Assembly: GCA_963813335.1 (NCBI GenBank)
Contig: CAWEYL010000001.1
Span: 864,001 to 928,000, forward strand
Origin: an uncultured Chloroflexia bacterium
GTDB taxonomy: Bacteria > Chloroflexota > Limnocylindria > Limnocylindrales > CSP1-4
DNA length: 64,000 nt
Direction of reading: 5' to 3'
The notes beneath the pieces were generated by a model. The model was not told the origin of the DNA and made no database searches. It saw nothing but the letters and a program-made list of their open reading frames with translations. Position numbers and translations under genes: made by a program. Numbering within the stretch: position 1 is the first letter of the stretch; each line of letters starts with the position of its first letter. This document shows, in pieces, positions 49,874 through 60,460 of the stretch.

Positions 49874-50364
49874 CAGTTCGCCTCGTCCGCGACGCGCAGG
49901 GCGGCGCCCGCCACCGGGTCGCGCGGGTCGTCCTGGTAGCGGATCAGGTCCGCGGCCCGGGCCGAGCAACCGGCACGGAGCGCCAGCGCGGCCGAGGTCT
50001 CGGCATGCGTCCGCAGCCGCTCGAGCGCGGCGGCGAACCCCGGCAGCCGCCGGCCCACCGACGAGATCCGCGTCCCGTAGTGCTGTCCCAGCGAGTAGAC
50101 GACCCGCGGCCAGATGCCCGTGTCGCCCTTGCCGGCGTCGTGGAGCAGGCCGGCCAGGAGCAGGTCCGGGTCGGTCGCGCCCTCGGCGCGCAGCGAGGCG
50201 ACCACGTCCAGGCCGTGCCGACGGTCGGCGACGTGCATCGTGTCGAAGAGCGCGAGCTGCGCCGGTGTGGTCCAGGCCGCCAGCTCCGCCCGCTCTCCGG
50301 GCGACACGCTGGCCCGCAGGTGCGTCCGGAACTGGCGGACCTTACCCGCCCACCAGGAAGCCAT
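49873..50364 (-). CDS. HD-domain protein
   Basis: DRRH..., AGLLHDAGK, H and AD motifs. Confidence 0.75.
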   Translation of the reverse strand: MASWWAGKVRQFRTHLRASVSPGERAELAAWTTPAQLALFDTMHVADRRHGLDVVASLRAEGATDPDLLLAGLLHDAGKGDTGIWPRVVYSLGQHYGTRISSVGRRLPGFAAALERLRTHAETSAALALRAGCSARAADLIRYQDDPRDPVAGAALRVADEAN

Positions 50365-51001
50365 AGATCCCGTCGATGAGGGGGAACAGGAGGCGACCGC
50401 CGATGGAGTTGCCGGGCGGCAGGAAGAAGATCGCGATGAGGACCAGGAAGCCGTACTGCTCGAGGACGGGGCGGATGCGGTACTCGGTCTGGCGGTCGAG
50501 CGCCGCGAACAGCACCTTGGAGCCGTCGAGCGGGGGGATCGGGATGAGGTTGAAGAGCATCAGGACGATGTTGATGTAGACGAACAGGTGGAGGACCTCG
50601 ATGACCATCGGGGCGTTGAGCTGGATCTCAGGGTTCGCGAGGGCGAACCGCAGCGGGATGGCGCCCGCGAGGGCCAGGACCAGGTTGGAGAGCGGCCCCG
50701 CCGCGGCCACGACCGCCTCGCCCTGGCGGCCGCCCTGCAGATTGTTCGGGTTGACCGGCGTGGGTTTCGCCCAGCCGAACCCGAACGCCCCCTGGGAGGC
50801 GATGAAGGATGCCGCCAGCAGGACGCCGCCGATCGGGTCGAAGTGGACGATGGGGTTCAGCGAGAGGCGGCCGAACAGCTTCGCCGTGCCGTCGCCGAGC
50901 CGGTACGCCGCGAAGGCGTGGGCGAACTCGTGGACGGGAAAGCCGACGAGCAGCATGATCGCCACGACGATGACGATCGGGATCAGGTCATCCAGGGTCA
51001 A
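50342..51001 (-). CDS. Site-2 protease (M50) family metalloprotease
   Basis: HEFAH, GWAKP, AGP.SN and FNLIPIPPLDG motifs. Confidence 0.92.
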   Translation of the reverse strand: MTLDDLIPIVIVVAIMLLVGFPVHEFAHAFAAYRLGDGTAKLFGRLSLNPIVHFDPIGGVLLAASFIASQGAFGFGWAKPTPVNPNNLQGGRQGEAVVAAAGPLSNLVLALAGAIPLRFALANPEIQLNAPMVIEVLHLFVYINIVLMLFNLIPIPPLDGSKVLFAALDRQTEYRIRPVLEQYGFLVLIAIFFLPPGNSIGGRLLFPLIDGIYGFLVGG

Positions 51002-51037
51002 GCGGCACCTCGTGACGGGTCCCGCGTATGGTAGCCG

Positions 51038-51810
51038 CTAGAGCCGCCCCAGCAGGTCCGCCTTCTTCGCCTCGTACTCCTCGGTGCTGATCGCGCCGCG
51101 TTCGTGCAGGTCCGCGAGGGTCGTGAGCGTGCGCGCGACCTCGTCCGGATCGGTCGCATGCGGGGCCGCCGCGGCGGGGGTCGCCGCCGCGGCCGGAGCC
51201 GCCATCGCGACGGTCGCGTCCGCATCGGCATCGCCGCCGGCCGCAACGGCATAGGCCTCGTCGCGGATCGGCGGCGCCGGCCGGAACCCGCCGGCCATGT
51301 CCAGCTCGTATTCGTGCTTGGCGTTGAGGATGGACTTCTTGAAGCCGATCGGGTCGATGATCATGTGGAACTTGCTGATCGCGGAGTCCGAGGCCGTCAG
51401 GATCTCGAGGTCGCCGAAGCCGAAGATCCGCCCGAAGATCGACTGCGAGAGCGCCGCGTCGTTGATCTTCTCGAGCCCCGAATCGAGGACCGTCTTGTTC
51501 AGGACGCCCTGGATCTGGATGACGCGGCGCGAGGTCAGCACGTATTCCTGGTTCAGGTAGCGCAGGGTGGTCCAGCCGAGGACGGCGAGCCCGCCGAAGA
51601 ACAGGACCACGGTGACCCATTGCAGGAGGGTGCGGAGCGCGCCCGCGGCGCCCTCGCTGCCGACATCCCGCTGCTCAGGATCGCCACGACGACCGCGATG
51701 ACGACCGCCAGGATCGTGAACCGCGCGCCCGCCACGAAGACGAACCAGTGCTGCTTCTTGCGCGCGACGATGCGCTCGCCGTCCGACAAGAGCTCCTCGG
51801 CATAGCCCAT
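51038..51810 (-). CDS. Membrane protein with bacterial PH domain and C-terminal SHOCT domain (frame break near 51640)
   Basis: LSDGE.IV....QHW; YVLTSRRVI..QG.L; GRIFGFGDL.I; L..L.ERGAIS.EEYEAKK.DLL. Confidence 0.8.
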
Positions 51811-51828
51811 CGCGCGTCGCTCCTCCTG

Positions 51829-52777
51829 TCAGGCCCGCGGATGGGCCTTGCGGTAGACGTCCCGGATCCGTTCGCCGGTCACGTGCGTGTACAGCTGGGT
51901 CGTGGAGATACTCGCATGGCCGAGCAACTCCTGGACGACCCGCAGGTCGGCGCCGCCCTCCAGCAGATGCGTCGCGAACGAATGGCGGAGCGTGTGCGGG
52001 CTGACGCGCTCGGCGAGACCGGCGCCCGCCGCCGCGTGCTTGACCGCCGCCCAGGCCTGCTGGCGTGCGAGCCGGCGGCCACGGTCGCCGACGAACACCG
52101 GGCCGCCGCGTGGCGCTTCGACGTCGGCGAGCGCGACCATGGTCTCGCGCGGCCCGTCGATCCAGCGGCCGAGCCAGTCGATCGCGACGTCCCCGACCGG
52201 CACGAGCCGCTCCTTGTCGCCCTTGCCGATGACGCGCACGAAGCCGCCGTCCATCGAGAGGTCCTCGGCATCGAGGCGAACGGCCTCGCTGACCCGGAGC
52301 CCGGCCGCGTAGAGCAGCTCGAGCAGGGCCCGGTCGCGCAGGTGCCGCGCGTGGGCCGGCTCATCGGGGTCGTCGCCACCGGCCGCCTCGAGCAGCGCCT
52401 CCGTCTCGGCGACGGTCAGCGTCTCGGGCAGCAGCCGCGACTGGCGCGGCAGGTCCAGGTGCGCCGCGACGTCGACGGCGATCAGCCCCTCGCCGTAGGC
52501 GAAGCGGTAGAAGCCCTTGAGCGCGGCCGCGCGACGACGCAGGCTGGTGGGCGCCAGGCCGGGCTCGCCGGGCTGGCCGCGCCTGGCCCGGGACGGCCAG
52601 GTAAGCCACCACCGGATCGGCCGACGCGCCCCACGAGCGCGCCACGCCCGGGCTCCGGGCGAAATCCGTGAGATCGGTCCGGTAGGCCCGGACGGTCGCA
52701 TCCGAGAGGCCCCGCTCGACGGCCAGGTGCGAGAGGTACTCGTCGATGGCGGCCTCGAGCGTGCCGGACGGGCTCAT
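51829..52777 (-). CDS. xerD: Tyrosine recombinase XerD (frame break near 52590)
   Basis: VERGLS..T..AY; RDRALLELLY..GLRVSE; GKG.KER.VP; SPHTLRHSFATHLL; VQELLGH.SI.TTQLYTHV. Confidence 0.9.
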
Positions 52778-54470
52778 CCGGCCGTCGCCGACGCTCCCCG
52801 CCATGCCTCGGCCCGGTCGAGCAGCTCGCGTGCGGCCGCGAGACCGGCCGCCGCCCCGCTGACCGCTGCCCAGCATCTGGGCGAGCTCGACGATGCGGCC
52901 CTCGCGGTCGAGCCGCTCGACCTCGGTCACCGTGCGCCCGTCCCGCTCGCGCTTGCTGATCCGGAACTGGGCGTCGGCGTGGGCCGCGATCTGCGGCAGG
53001 TGCGTGACGCACGAGGACCTGGTGGCGCCGGGCCAGCGTCCAGAGGCTGCGGCCCACGGGGTCCGCGCTCCGCCCGCCGATCCCGGTGTCGACCTCGTCG
53101 AAGACGAGCGTCGGGGTGTCGTCCGCCTCGGCGAGGACCTGCTTGATGGCCAGCGCGACCCGTGACAGCTCGCCGCCCGACGCGATCCGCGCGAGCGGCC
53201 GGAACGGCTCGCCGGCGTTCGGGGCGAGCCGGTAGACGACCTGGTCGATCCCCGCGGCATCGAAGGCGACCGCGTCGCCATCGACCTCGACCGCGGCCTC
53301 ACCCGACCCGGCCGTCCGGCGACCCAGCGCGACCTCGAAGACGCCGGCCGGGAAGCCGAGCTCGACGAGGACATGGCCCACGGCCGTGCTGAGCGTGGCG
53401 GCCGCGTCCACCCGGGCGCTCGAGAGCGCCGCCGCCGCCGCGCCGACCGATCCGAGCAGGCGCGCGTCGTCGGCCTCGCGCCGGGCCCGCTCGCCATCGA
53501 CGCCCTGCAGCCGCTCCGCCTCGGCCGCCGCCCGCTCGCCGTGGGCGATGACCGCCGCCTCGTCGTCGCCATAGCGGCGCTCGAGGCCGTAGATGACGCC
53601 CAGCCGCTCCTCGAGCGCGGCCAGGGCCGCCGGGTCGTGGTCGATGGCCTCGGCCAGGGTCCTGGTTTCCGCGGCGGCGTCCTCGAGCTCGGCCTCCAGG
53701 CCGGCGAGCCGCTCCGCCAGGTCCTCGAACCGCCCGTCGAGCCGGGCGATCGCCCGCGCCTCGTGGACGGCGCCGGCGACCGCCTCGCGCGCCCCGCCGT
53801 CGGCGGTCAGCGCCCCGTGGACCGCGGCGGCACCCCGGGCGATCGCCTCGCCGTGCTGGGCGGCGGCGAGCCGGGCGCGGATCTCGTCGGCTTCGCCGGG
53901 CCGCAGACGGGCCGCGGCGATCTCGCTCGCCTCGTACTCGAGCAGCTCCAGTCGGCGGGCGAGCTCGCGCGGGTCGGCCGTGAGCTCGTCGAGGGCGGTC
54001 CGGTTCGCCCGCCACGCGCCGACCGCGGCCGCCACCGCCCCGCGCAGCCCCGCATGGCCGCCGAAGCCGTCGAGCAGGTCGCGCTGCCAGCGCTCGTCGA
54101 GGAGGTGCTGCTGGTCGTGCTGGCCGTGGATCTCGACGAGCGGTCCGACCTCCTCGGCGAGGCGGGCGGCCGTGACGGTGTCGTCGTCGAGGCGGGCCGT
54201 CGAGCGGCCGCCGGCCGCCACCTCGCGGACGGCGATGAGCGGTTCCGGGAGCCGGTCGAAGAGGGCCTCCACCCGGGCGCTCTCGGCGCCATGACGGACG
54301 AGCGAGCTGTCGGCGCGCGCGCCGATGGCCAGCCCGAGGGCGTCGATCAGCAGGCTCTTCCCCGCCCCGGTCTCGCCGGTGATCACGTTGAACCCGTCGT
54401 CGAGGTCGAGCCGGACGCGCTCGATGACCGCGAGGTCGGTGACGGTCAGCTCGAGGAGGCGCCCGGTCAC
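52774..54470 (-). CDS. recN: DNA repair protein RecN (frame breaks near 53010 and 52850)
   Basis: ITGETGAGKS, IHGQHD, ASGGELSR, FDEVDTGIGG and VTHLPQIAA motifs. Confidence 0.95.
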
Positions 54471-55312
54471 GACGGCAGCAGCGCCACCTTGCGGCGCAGG
54501 AGGTCCCAGAAGGGCTGCGCCCCCGTGGGCTCGATCAGGCGGATGGGCCGCTCGACGGCGCGCACCTCGACGACGTCACCGACCGCGGCCGGGATGTCCT
54601 CGCGGCCGTCGATCGAGACCAGCGCCTCGTGCGCGTCGACCACCGTGCAGCGGACCGTCTGCCGCGGGCTGACGACGACCGAGCGGATGGCCGAGAGGTA
54701 CGCGGCGATCGGGGTCACGACGAGGTTGCGGCTCACCGGGTCGAGGATCGGGCCGCCGGCCGAGAACGAGTAGCCGGTCGAGCCGGTGGGGCTCGCGACG
54801 ATGAGGCCGTCGGCGATGAACGTGGCGAGGTGGGTGTCGTCGATGGAAACGTCGAGCCGGCACACTCGGGCGAGAGCGCCGCGAGCCACGACGATGTCGT
54901 TGAAGGCGACGTGGCGGACGACGTCGACCGGCTGCCCGCCGCGCAGGATGCGGCCCTCGAGCGCCATCCGCTCATCGATGCGGTAGTCGCCGGTCGCGAT
55001 CTTGCCGAGCACAGCGTCCAGCTCGCCGGCCTCCGCCTTGGAGAGGAAGCCGACCTTGCCGAGGTTGATGCCGAGGATCGGCACGTCGACCTCGGCGACG
55101 GCGCGGACCGCGCGCAGGAACGTCCCGTCGCCGCCGAGCACCACGAGGGCGTCCGTGGTCGGCAGCTCGCGGACCAGGCCAGCCAGGTCGTCCGCGGGCA
55201 GCTGCCAGTGGTCGATCGAGCGGACCTGGCACCAGCCCGTGGCGCGCGCGCTCAGCTCGATGGCCGGCTCGATCGTGGGGTTGTAGGCGAAGCCGATGCG
55301 GGTGACGGTCAT
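54467..55312 (-). CDS. nadK: NAD kinase
   Basis: GGDGT, GINLG.VGFL, ND and DGLIVASPTGSTGYS.SAGGP motifs. Confidence 0.95.
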   Translation of the reverse strand: MTVTRIGFAYNPTIEPAIELSARATGWCQVRSIDHWQLPADDLAGLVRELPTTDALVVLGGDGTFLRAVRAVAEVDVPILGINLGKVGFLSKAEAGELDAVLGKIATGDYRIDERMALEGRILRGGQPVDVVRHVAFNDIVVARGALARVCRLDVSIDDTHLATFIADGLIVASPTGSTGYSFSAGGPILDPVSRNLVVTPIAAYLSAIRSVVVSPRQTVRCTVVDAHEALVSIDGREDIPAAVGDVVEVRAVERPIRLIEPTGAQPFWDLLRRKVALLPS

Positions 55313-56127
55313 GGCCCGGTCACCGCGGTGATCCGGGCGTCGATCTCGGCACAGCCCGGCCCCGGCGCCAGGTGCAGGAGGAACTCGCGGTTGCCTTCCG
55401 GTCCGAGGATCGGCGAGGCGATGACATCCCGCGACCCGAGGCCCATCGCGCTCGCTGCCGCCACGACATCGCGCAGGACCTCGGCGTGGACGCCCGGGTC
55501 GCGGACGACACCGTGGTCGGTCCGCCCCTTCCCCACCTCGAACTGCGGCTTGACGAGCGCGACGATCGATGGCCGGGCGCCGAGCGCCGAGGCGATCGGC
55601 GCGAGCACCTTGCCGAGCGAGATGAACGAGACGTCGACCACGGCGAGCGTGGCCGGCTCGGGCAGCGTCGTCGCGGTCAGCGCCCGGGCGTTGGTGCGCT
55701 CCAGCGAGATCACGCGGGGATCGCGGCGGAGCGCGTCGGCGAGCTGGCCGCGTCCCACGTCGAGCGCGTAGACGCGGCTGGCGCCGCGCTGCAGCAGGAC
55801 GTCCGTGAAGCCGCCGGTCGAGGCGCCGACATCGAGGCAGACGAGGCCCGTCGGGTCGATCCCGAAGGCGTCCAGCGCCGCCGCGAGCTTGTGGCCGCCG
55901 CGGCTGACATACGGTTCCGGCGCATCGACGCTGACCGGTGTCGCGGCATCGACCAGGTCGCCGGGCTTGCGGTCGAGGCGGGCGGCATCGCCCTCCCCCA
56001 CCCGCACCTTGCCGGCCATCACCAGCGCCTGGGCGCGGCTGCGCGACTCGGCCAGCCCGCGCTCGACGAGCAGCTGGTCGAGCCGGATCCGCTGCGCCTT
56101 CGCGCCGGGAGCCGAGGTCGACGTCAC
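55309..56127 (-). CDS. tlyA: TlyA-family rRNA methyltransferase/hemolysin
   Basis: RLD.LLV, YVSRGG.KL, DVGASTGGFTD, DVSFISL, VKPQFE and GN.EFL motifs. Confidence 0.94.
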   Translation of the reverse strand: MTSTSAPGAKAQRIRLDQLLVERGLAESRSRAQALVMAGKVRVGEGDAARLDRKPGDLVDAATPVSVDAPEPYVSRGGHKLAAALDAFGIDPTGLVCLDVGASTGGFTDVLLQRGASRVYALDVGRGQLADALRRDPRVISLERTNARALTATTLPEPATLAVVDVSFISLGKVLAPIASALGARPSIVALVKPQFEVGKGRTDHGVVRDPGVHAEVLRDVVAAASAMGLGSRDVIASPILGPEGNREFLLHLAPGPGCAEIDARITAVTGP

Positions 56128-56440
56128 CCGCCTATCGTGGCACAGCGCGCTGCACCCGGACGTATGCCCGGGCGGGCGCGGCCGCGAGTCGGGCAGCGCG
56201 ATCATTTCACGGCACATGGCCTGGCAGACCCGAATCCTTGCCCGATGGTCCGGGGTCGACCGGTCAGGGTCGCCTCATGCCGGTCCCTGGGGTCCGGGAG
56301 TCCGCATTCGATGTGCGGGGGGTTGACCGCGGTGCCAACCAACGGGCGGACGCAGGCATCGTGGCATCCTGGTCCGCCCATGGGCGCGTCCCGAGCGGCT
56401 GATAAGCGGCAGATACGCGACGGCTGCTTCCATCGATCCC

Positions 56441-57199
56441 ATGCCGTTGGGGCCAGCCACCATCAAGCGCGAATCTGTCCGACGGTTGTCGCATCTCGAG
56501 CGGCAGGCTGGTGACGACGTCCGCAGGATGCGCCTCGATGCGAACGTGACCTTGGCGGAGCTCGCTCGGGCGACCATGTTGGACCCTCGTTACCTCGCCC
56601 GGATCGAAACGGGGACCGTCCATCCGAGCAACGCCGTCCTCGTTCGCGTCGGCGTGGCGCTGGGTGCCGACCTCAGCCTGAGGTACTTCCCCGGCAGCGG
56701 CCCGCGGATCCACGACCGCTTCCAGGCGCCGATGATCGAAGCGCTGCTGCGGACGCTGGATCAGCGGTGGCAACGCGAGCTCGAGGTCCCGGTCCTCCGA
56801 CCCAGCCGCGGTGTCATCGACCTCGTGCTTCGCGACCCGCTGACCATCGTTGCCACCGAGGTCTATTCGGATCTCCGTCGGCTCGAGCAGCAAGTCCGCT
56901 GGAGCGCGGAGAAGGCCGACGGCCTTCGCGTCCGACTCGATGAGCTGGAGCGGATCGGCGCACCGCACCAGGTCTCTCGGCTCCTCGTTCTTCGGTCCAC
57001 GGTCGCGACGAGATCACTCGCCATGGAGTACCGCGAGACCCTTGCCGCCGCATATCCAGCGCGATCCGCGGCGATCCACGCGGCCCTGACCATGCAGGAC
57101 GTCGCATGGCCCGGCCCTGGCATCCTCTGGATCCACCTCCACGGGAAGACGGCGACGGTCATGCGACATCCGCCACCCGGAGTCACACTCGGTCGCTGA
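56441..57199 (+). CDS. XRE-HTH plus restriction-endonuclease-like (PD-(D/E)xK / DUF559-like) protein
   Basis: N-terminal HTH (R......TLAELA......YLARIE.G); C-terminal W..EV.V...RGVIDLVL......ATEVYS pattern. Confidence 0.7.
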   Translation: MPLGPATIKRESVRRLSHLERQAGDDVRRMRLDANVTLAELARATMLDPRYLARIETGTVHPSNAVLVRVGVALGADLSLRYFPGSGPRIHDRFQAPMIEALLRTLDQRWQRELEVPVLRPSRGVIDLVLRDPLTIVATEVYSDLRRLEQQVRWSAEKADGLRVRLDELERIGAPHQVSRLLVLRSTVATRSLAMEYRETLAAAYPARSAAIHAALTMQDVAWPGPGILWIHLHGKTATVMRHPPPGVTLGR

Positions 57200-57402
57200 C
57201 GCGGTCCCTCGGTCCGGTTTCTCTGCTTCGGCAAGTCTTGAGCGGCGCATCGAGGCGCGTGACTCATGGTGCGGGGCTCGCCAGACCCGAACGACCGCGC
57301 CCTCGAGGATCGCGAGCGCGTCCTGCTTCCGTCATGCACGAGAACCGGACTCACCAGCCAGTCGGGCGCGATGCCTCGCAGGGCACCCGAGCGGGCGCGG
57401 GC

Positions 57403-59376
57403 TCAGTCGCCGATCGGCGCCTTCGAGCGCCCGGGCGCGGCCTGCAGCGACGCGAGCGTCTCGCGCACCTGCGCGGCGAGCCCCGCCGCGTCGAGGCGCA
57501 GGACCCGGCGCAGGTCCGTGACCGAACCGTGGTCGACGAAGCGGTCGCCCGGGATGCCGATCGCGTGGACGGCGACCTCGCGCAGCGCCGGATCGGTCAG
57601 CCGGGCATCCTCGAGCAGCTCGAGCACGCCGCTGCCGAAGCCGCCGGTGACCACGCTCTCCTCGAAGGTCACGACCAGCGACTTGCCGCGCGCGCCGTCG
57701 AGGATCAGCTGGCCGTCGAGTGGCTTGGCGAACCGCGCGTTGATGACGCCGACCGACCAGCCCTCGGCCGCGAGCAGGTCCGCGGCCTCCATCGCCCGCG
57801 CCACGATCGGCCCGAAGCCGACGAACAGCAGGTCGCGGCCCTCGCGCAGGACCTCGCCGCGGCCGATCGGCAGGATCGCCGGTTCGACCGGATCGAGCCC
57901 GAAGCCCGCGTCGCGCGGGTAGTGCAGGGCGAACGGGTGGTCCTGGGCGAAGGCCGTGCGGACCATCGAGCGCAGCTCCTGCTCATCGCGCGGCGAGGCG
58001 ATCACCAGGTTCGGGAGCTGCCGCTGGGCGGGCAGCGTGAACATCCCCTGGTGGCTGGTCCCGTCCTCGCCGACGAGGCCGGCCCGGTCCACCGCGATCA
58101 CGACCGGCTGGTCGTTCTGGCAGACGTCGTGGACGGTCTGGTCGAAGGCGCGCTGCAGGAAGGTCGAGTACAGCGCTACGACGGGTCGCAGCCCGCCGAG
58201 GGCGAGGCCGGTGGCGAACGTCATGGCGTGCTGCTCGGCGATGCCGACATCGAAGAAGCGGTCCGGGAACTCGGCCTGGAACCGCGACAGCCCCGTGCCG
58301 GTCGGCATGCCGGCCGTGATCCCGACGATCCGCCGGTCCGTGCGGGCGAGGTCGATCAGCTCCGCGGCGAAGACCGCGGTGTAGTTCGGGAGCTTCTTCG
58401 CGGCCGCGGGGAGCTCCGAGGGCGGCGCGGCGTCGTCGGCCATCGACTCGGTCGGCAGGATCGGCGCCATCGGTGGCAGCGCGGCACCGTGGAAGCCGAC
58501 CTGGTCGGTCTCGGCCGGGCGGTAGCCGCGCCCCTTCTGGGTCCGGACGTGGACGATCGTCGGTCCGGGCAGCGCCAGGGCGCGGCCAAGGGTCTCGACC
58601 AGCGCGTGCAGGTCGTGGCCGGGCACGACCCCGATGTAGGTGATGCCGAGGTCCTCGAACAGCTGCCCGGGCTGGGCGAAGCGCACGACCGAGGCGCGCA
58701 GGCGGCGCGACCACTCGAGCAGCGTCGGGCCGGCGACCGGGATGCGCTCCACGGTCCGGTCGTAGGCGCCCTTGCTCTGGCGCCACGCCTGCGACAGCTT
58801 GATCTGGCTGAGGTACCTCGAGAACGCGCCGACCGTCGGGCTGATCGACATCTCGTTGTCGTTGACCACGATCAGCATCTGGGTCTGGCGCTGGCCGATG
58901 TCGTTGAGGGCCTCGAGCGACAGGCCGCTCATCAGCGCCGCGTCGCCGACGACGACCGCGATCCGCTCGAGGCCGTGGCGGATGTCGCGGGCCTCGGCCA
59001 GTCCCTCGGCCACCGACAGCCCGGTGCCGGCGTGGCCGCCGTCGAAGACGTCGTGGGGCGACTCGGAGCGGCGAGGGAACCCGCCGATCCCGTCGAGCTG
59101 GCGCAGCGTCCCGAAGCGCTCGAGCCGGCCGGTCAGGAGCTTGTGCGGGTAGGCCTGGTGGCCCGTGTCCCAGACGATCCGGTCGCGCGGCGACTCGAGG
59201 AGCCGATGGAGCGCGATCGTGAGCTCGACGACGCCAAGTGACGAGCCCAGGTGGCCGCCCGTGTGGGCGACGGTCGCGATGATCGTCTCGCGGATCTCCA
59301 GCGCGAGCTGGGCGAGCTGGACCTCGTCGAGCCCGCGCAGGTCGGCGGGTCCGCTGAGGCTCGGCAGGATGGGCAC
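57403..59376 (-). CDS. dxs: 1-deoxy-D-xylulose-5-phosphate synthase
   Basis: GGHLGSSLGVVEL, WDTGHQAYPHK, GDAA..G...EALN, NDN.MSI, DVGIAEQH, YSTFLQRA.DQ and DRAG.VG.DG motifs. Confidence 0.97.
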   Translation of the reverse strand: MPILPSLSGPADLRGLDEVQLAQLALEIRETIIATVAHTGGHLGSSLGVVELTIALHRLLESPRDRIVWDTGHQAYPHKLLTGRLERFGTLRQLDGIGGFPRRSESPHDVFDGGHAGTGLSVAEGLAEARDIRHGLERIAVVVGDAALMSGLSLEALNDIGQRQTQMLIVVNDNEMSISPTVGAFSRYLSQIKLSQAWRQSKGAYDRTVERIPVAGPTLLEWSRRLRASVVRFAQPGQLFEDLGITYIGVVPGHDLHALVETLGRALALPGPTIVHVRTQKGRGYRPAETDQVGFHGAALPPMAPILPTESMADDAAPPSELPAAAKKLPNYTAVFAAELIDLARTDRRIVGITAGMPTGTGLSRFQAEFPDRFFDVGIAEQHAMTFATGLALGGLRPVVALYSTFLQRAFDQTVHDVCQNDQPVVIAVDRAGLVGEDGTSHQGMFTLPAQRQLPNLVIASPRDEQELRSMVRTAFAQDHPFALHYPRDAGFGLDPVEPAILPIGRGEVLREGRDLLFVGFGPIVARAMEAADLLAAEGWSVGVINARFAKPLDGQLILDGARGKSLVVTFEESVVTGGFGSGVLELLEDARLTDPALREVAVHAIGIPGDRFVDHGSVTDLRRVLRLDAAGLAAQVRETLASLQAAPGRSKAPIGD

Positions 59377-59485
59377 GGTCGGAGGACTCCTTCAGCTCGT
59401 GACGCGCGGAGCGAGTGTAAACCTGTTCCCTGCAGGTCGCTTGTTTCCGATGGGGGCGCGACCGACGCCCGCGGGGCCGGGCGCG

Positions 59486-60025
59486 TCACCGAGACGCAAG
59501 GGCTTGCAGCTTCGTGACGGTATTCCAGTTGCGGGCCGTCAGCGTCGCGCCGAGGCGCTTCTCGAGCACGTCGATCGTGAGCTTGGAGCGGCCGATCCCC
59601 TCGCGATACCAGAGATAGACGACGCCGTCACCGAGGCGGACGACCTCCGGGCCGAATGCGCTCGGGTCGAAGGCGGCGATGGTCGCCGCCGGCAGCGGGG
59701 TCACCAGGAACGCGACGAGCAGGTGCGCCGGGTCGGCGAGGGCCTCCGGCAGCGGGTTGGCGGCGATGACCCGGTCGAGCTCCGTCGCGCTGCGAACGGC
59801 GACCCGGACCTCGAAGCCGTGGTGCGCGGCGATGGCGGCCTCGATCGCCGCGGCGCTCGACATCCCGTCGCCGTCCGGCGCGTCGAAGACGGCGTTGCCG
59901 CTGTTCAGCAGCGTGACGACGTCCCCGTAGCCGAGCCCGGCCAGGATCGAGCGCAGGTCCGCCATCGCGACCCGCTTGTGGCCGCCGACGTTGATCCCCC
60001 GCAGGAACGCGATGGACGTGGTCAG
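59486..60025 (-). CDS. DUF1697-family protein
   Basis: AFLRGINVGG...V.MA.L, T...SGN.VF and T.RNWNTV.KL motifs; start codon ambiguous (reads CTG). Confidence 0.85.
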   Translation of the reverse strand: MTTSIAFLRGINVGGHKRVAMADLRSILAGLGYGDVVTLLNSGNAVFDAPDGDGMSSAAAIEAAIAAHHGFEVRVAVRSATELDRVIAANPLPEALADPAHLLVAFLVTPLPAATIAAFDPSAFGPEVVRLGDGVVYLWYREGIGRSKLTIDVLEKRLGATLTARNWNTVTKLQALASR

Positions 60026-60291
60026 GCGCCCGGCTCCTCGACCGGCTCCTCGGCGCTGACGGTGCGGACCTCCAGGGCCCCGCCGGCGCGCTGGACGAGC
60101 TGCTCGACCCGCAGCTGCGCATCGGTCAGGAGCTGCTCGCAGCGGGCCTGCAGGGCCACCCCGCGCTCGTACAGGGCGATGGCGGCCTCCAACGGCTGGC
60201 CGCCGGTCTCGAGGTCCGCGACCGTGCGCTGCAGCTCGGCGAGCGCGGCGTCGAACGCGAGCGTCTCGATGGCGGGTTCAGGCGTCGTCAC
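60022..60291 (-). CDS. xseB: Exodeoxyribonuclease VII small subunit
   Basis: FD.AL.EL...V..LE.G..PLE.AI.LYERG..L...C...L..AQ.RV. Confidence 0.9.
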   Translation of the reverse strand: MTTPEPAIETLAFDAALAELQRTVADLETGGQPLEAAIALYERGVALQARCEQLLTDAQLRVEQLVQRAGGALEVRTVSAEEPVEEPGA

Positions 60292-60460
60292 GTGGCTCCT
60301 CGGCGCGGGGCGGCTCGCTGGTGTCCGGCGGTCCATCGACCGGCTCGTCGTCGTCGCGACCCGCGAGGCGCCCGACCGATGGTGCCACCAGCATACCCAG
60401 CCGGACGCCCCCGACCGCGACCACGAGCGCGACCACGACCAGGATCACGAGGTCACCCAT
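60278..60460 (-). CDS. Small single-TM protein
   Basis: Overlaps the xseA stop and xseB start; hydrophobic N-terminus. Confidence 0.5.
   Translation of the reverse strand: MGDLVILVVVALVVAVGGVRLGMLVAPSVGRLAGRDDDEPVDGPPDTSEPPRAEEPRDDA

Noticed and set aside
51829-52777. Tyrosine recombinase as the integrase of a mobile element
   Set aside because: Sequence and position (after recN, near scpAB) fit housekeeping XerD.
42354-54470. Mass pseudogenisation or programmed frameshifting of core genes
   Set aside because: Breaks hit essential genes (der, cmk, ispH, gpsA) at scattered positions with no shared slippery motif and no evident nonsense decay. Sequencing indels are the simplest explanation.
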